Source: Selaginella moellendorffii (taxonomy: Eukaryota; Plantae; Lycopodiophyta). From it: DNA of 64,000 nt. The translations under genes were made by a program, and so were the position numbers. A model generated the notes under the pieces. That model had not been told where the DNA came from, did no database searches, and worked only from the letters and a program-made list of their open reading frames with translations. This document shows positions 59,780 through 64,000 of the stretch, piece after piece; position 1 is the stretch's first letter, and every line of letters starts with the position of its first letter. The stretch is from positions 1 through 64,000 of the forward strand of contig NW_003314388.1 of NCBI RefSeq assembly GCF_000143415.4, written 5' to 3'.

Positions 59780-62700
59780 AAAGCCAAAGATTAGTATGCT
59801 AACAAAATTTGATGATACAAAGTCTAAGTTCTATGACTTCCTCAACCAAATCAAATTTTAAATTATTATGTAGTTTAGTTGATATTTCATTCCAACTTCT
59901 TATATAAGTCTGATCAAATCTCTTCATACTAGAATGCCTCTCTCTTGGTTCTTTACCCTTTTTTTTAAAAATGACATTAAGGGAGTGTATGGTAGATTAA
60001 AAGTATAGATAACTACCTAAAGCATTAATTTTGCTCTTGTTAAGTTGTATCATTCCTTGTTGTATATCCAATTTGTTTAATCCACACTCCATGTTGTTAG
60101 CCGGTTTAAAGTATGTGTTAGATCACTAGAATTATACTAAACTTTATTTAACATTGTTTTGTGTGTAAGAGTTAAATACAAGGAGCTGGTGTTCATAGGG
60201 GATTTGAGTATATAGTGGACACTTGTTTTACAGTACATCAAATATAGAGTCTAGTTTTAAATTCATGTGCTATATTGATATTTTTTTTCAAGATTTAGAT
60301 CTCTTTATTCAACACTTCACTAATATATTCAAGAGTACACTGCCATTAATAAAATTTAGCAATTATGCCAGGGCTCCAAATTTGCATCCCACCTATACAT
60401 TAAAGTTCTAGATGGGCACCATTGTTATTTCATGGAATAATGCAACACTTAAGGAGTATTTTATTTCATGAAGATCTCATGCTCTCATATTATTATTATT
60501 AAACCTTTGTTCCTCATCTAATAGCCTTAATCTTAGAATAACTAGCTTATGAGAAAGATATAGTTTCAATAAAGATTAAAGCCACATGTCAACACTATCT
60601 TTTTGAGGTTAAATGACAACATTGAACCTCTAGATATATTGTGGCAATGCAAACCATTTCTATCTTTGCTTTTACATTCACTTTCAAGCTTGTAAAATGG
60701 ATTAACACATGTGAAGATAAGAACATTTAATCCAATTAAAGATTGTTCAACTAGTAAACTCATTTCCTCTTCCTAATATTAACTCTATTTCTTTTTCAAG
60801 GATTTTTGAGTGTTTCTATATTATTACTCATTTTTAATCTATTAAGTCTAATTTGTATTTTTGAGTTTTAAGTGATAGTGGTGTCAATGCAAACTTCATT
60901 AATTGGGAGTTTACATTTTTTTATAGTATTCTTTTACCACTAACACAAGGCCCAATTTGTGCTGAAGTGGTGGATGGTCTACACATCTCCTCTAGGTTAA
61001 TTACACTTGAAATTGAGTTGGTAAAAGTGACAATATTTAGGATTTGTCGCAATATCTCTTTCAATGTTGCCTCTATTCTAAAAACCTCTATCATTATGAA
61101 TTTTCTATGGTTTGAGATAGTGAACTTGATAATGGATTAGTGTGATATTAATCAGATAATTTTGCCCTTCTCCACCTCTTCTCCTGCTTCTCCAATCTAA
61201 ATTTCTCATATTTCTTTGCATGACTTCCAAGATGTTAGTTGTTAGAATCCTTGTTTCATCTTCACAATTATCATTTATTCAACAATAACTTTATCTATTG
61301 GGATCAAATCTATTCTTCCCTCTAAGTATAGTGATTTAGAGGAGAGCTAATAACTTGCTATCACATTGACTTTATGATTGTTCTATAGATCTTATAGAGG
61401 GGAAAATCACCACCATTTAGTTCCATATATAATCTTTCACTCACAAAGTTGGAGGCATTATATGAACATATAATAAAGAATCTTTCTAAAGGTTTTATTT
61501 AACATTCTTAGTCTTTAGTTAGTGCACTTATGTTTTTATATTCAAAAAAGACAAATCTTTTCATTTAGTGGTTGACTACTACAACTTATTCATTCCCAAT
61601 TGATATCCACTTTTACTGATCTGTAAGATAATAGAGTGGCTCTCCAAGACTTTATTCTTCACCAAAATTGACTTATAGTACTTATAACTTTATCTATATT
61701 TGAGAGGGTAATAAATAAAAATAACCTTTGTATTTGTTAATTCCTTTTAGTCTCCTATTTTTTTCTAACATATAATGAATAACATATTTTATGATTTTTT
61801 TTTATTTCTTTATTCTCATCTAGATATTGTTATCTTTTCTAAGACTCAAAACAAGTACAACCATCATGTTCACCTTGTTCTAGAAATGTTATTTTGATCA
61901 AAATTTAATATATCATTTCTTCATATGGCATCACTATAGATTCTATTAATGTTTTCACCATTTTTGAATAGCAACATCTAATTTTTATTTGTGATGATCT
62001 AAGTGTTGTCTTAGTAAAGTAGTATATATATTCTGCAAGTAATCAGGCTCATACGTTGAATGAATTTCAATTAAATTTTGTAAAATTTAATGCTATAGTT
62101 CCCCCTTGCTAGATCTATTTTGATTTACCATTAATGGTCTTTATTAAAAGTAGTCTATTTGTCAATGGGGTTTTTCATATTTATCCTTTAAAAAACCATA
62201 GAGTCAGATTTTAACATGCTTGAAACCAAAAAAAAGTAAAGAGGGGGTGATAACAAAGTGAGGATCAATGGAACTAAAGTCTGTTTTTGTGTAACCTAGA
62301 TCCATGCTATTCACTCCACAAATGCATGCTCTTAATCCTTATAGGTTGTGAACTCTATGCATTATCTATGTCCCCAGCCTCATGTCGTTTTTGTATGATT
62401 ACACTCATTATACCAATATAAGAGTTGATTGTGGAATCAATTAAGGTACACCACCCTCACTCAATCTCCATCCGTATGACATTTATGTTAGGGCTCTAGC
62501 CTCAACCTTCTCTCACTTTTGCACTAGTGTGCTTACAGAAATGCTAATCTTTATATCTCTCACACTCAAGTGTGTCTTTTATACAAGAGAGGGAATATTT
62601 TGAGGATCAAAATATTTTTAGCATCTAGCTATCTCTACAACATATAACTAGGGAGGAATGTGCCAGACTTTGTCACGCATGAGGACCTATGACCAAATTG

Positions 62701-62900
62701 TTGTGTTGATGCTTTATACCAGTTATTGCTGGAAAGTGAAGAAACAACAAAAAAAAAAACAAAGGAGGAAGACAAAGGAAAAGCCAAAGAGAAGTGATGA
62801 AACCAAGAGAAAGAAGAGGGGGGGAGAATGTGAAGTTTTGGAGTTCCATATGGGAAAAACCACATGGGAAAAATTAACATGGCTTAACACAAAAAAGTGG
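59780..62900 (+). mobile_element. Highly decayed AT-rich Ty3/Gypsy (chromovirus-like) relic
   Basis: gag-like PKISMLTKFDDTKSKFYDFLNQI (about 59785), protease-like DSGVNANFI (about 60874), and RT N-terminal remnants PPFSSIYNLS...NLSKGFI...KKDKSFHLVVDY (about 61410-61585), all full of stops. Confidence 0.7.
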
Positions 62901-64000
62901 CTACCCCACTGACTAACATGTTAGTTTATACCTAAGGTAAACACAAAACAAAGAGCAATATAACCCAACGAGACATAAACTAATATCTTAAATAGTTGGT
63001 TATGCTTCCAATTATCCCTATTATACATTTGGGATGTTGGAATGTTGGAATGATATTAGATTTAGGATGATGTTAAATTGCGAATTAGGACTTATAAACA
63101 ATACTATCATATTCAAGATATTCTCTATAGTTTATAAAGATGCTTTATTAGTAGATCTAAATGCTTTCTATAAATAGTAATGAAACATAAATACATAATG
63201 AGAGTGTAAGGAATATAATAAACTACCATTTAATGATATTGAGGGGCTAAACTCAATATCACAAGGGCTTTTTCCACTAGTCAGTGCAAAACAAAAGAGC
63301 TCTTTATTGGATTAAGCATGCTTGACTAAGAATTTCCTTATACTTCTTTAGTTTAAGTATACTTGTTATGCCCAATTAATTTCACAGCACAAAGACTAAT
63401 AGAAAAGCCAAAAAGCATCAATCTTCTAGTGATATAGCAATAAAAGAAGAATGTTAAAAAAAAACTAGTTCACAAATATTGTTCAATAACCAAAATAAGA
63501 TTTGAGGCACTAAGCTTGTTATCCATAAATAATTCTTGTGTAAGTAGCAATGGTATTTGTAAATGAGGACCTTCTAGATCGTTTGATATATCCATTTGAA
63601 AGTTGGGTGATTCATGATACAATTCATGGATATCAATTGATATGAGACCAAGCTCCTTGTAAATTTGGTGCTAACCAGATCAAGGGTCATGTTGTAATAA
63701 TTCTAATACATAAGAAGGTATATACTTTATTCAGGATGAGAGCAAGAATATGTCAAGCAAAGTGTCAATGGTGGTGAAAGCACTTGTGTTTTGGTCTCTA
63801 TTTAGATTAGACTTACCCTACTTTAGTGCCCTTTTTCCATGTTTTATGCTGTTATAGAAGGTCATAGAGTTATGGTAGTCACCCTACCATATTAATTTAT
63901 ATATTAGCTTTCTCTCTTCTTGTTTTCCCTCTTGTCAACATTATTAGCAGTGCATTTTTATATACTGATTAGGAATAGGCCTAGAGATACCATTATTTGG

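Noticed and set aside
62800-64000. Possible chromodomain remnant (TTWEKLTWL) and Copia-like fragments
   Set aside because: Too degraded to assign by eye.
1-64000. CRISPR arrays, tRNA genes or prokaryotic operons
   Set aside because: None seen; the window is intron-containing plant nuclear DNA.

Overview
Eukaryotic plant nuclear DNA with very short GT-AG introns (about 50-90 nt), tight gene spacing, telo-boxes and an S-motif-rich PLS-PPR gene. It is most consistent with a lycophyte such as Selaginella (inference). 1-11.5 kb is a nested retrotransposon stack: an LTR end inserted in the 5' LTR of a Gypsy-like element with near-identical LTRs but a decayed interior, a gag-bearing relic, and a complete 645-bp Cassandra-type TRIM carrying 5S rRNA sequence. 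11.5-44 kb is a shuffled inverted segmental duplication. Its arms carry two TORNADO1-like LRR-Roc-COR (Roco) genes with strongly diverged N-termini plus pseudogene copies of APE2, prfB, CDKG and a TEX30/KANSL3-like hydrolase. The arms surround unique genes: two JINGUBANG-like WD40 genes, RPL37, PRP18 and TL17.9. 44-59 kb holds CDKG, a laccase, a subtilase pseudogene, a PP2C and a PPR gene. It also holds the most notable pair: a 4-exon TPR-like/CHAT (caspase-clan) protease gene with an intact His/Cys dyad, lying tail-to-tail with an intronless gene whose C-terminal part resembles a beta-pore-forming (leukocidin/hemolysin-like) protein behind an acidic N-terminal region. 59.5-64 kb is AT-rich decayed retroelement DNA. 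All homology calls come from motif recognition by eye; no database searches were run.
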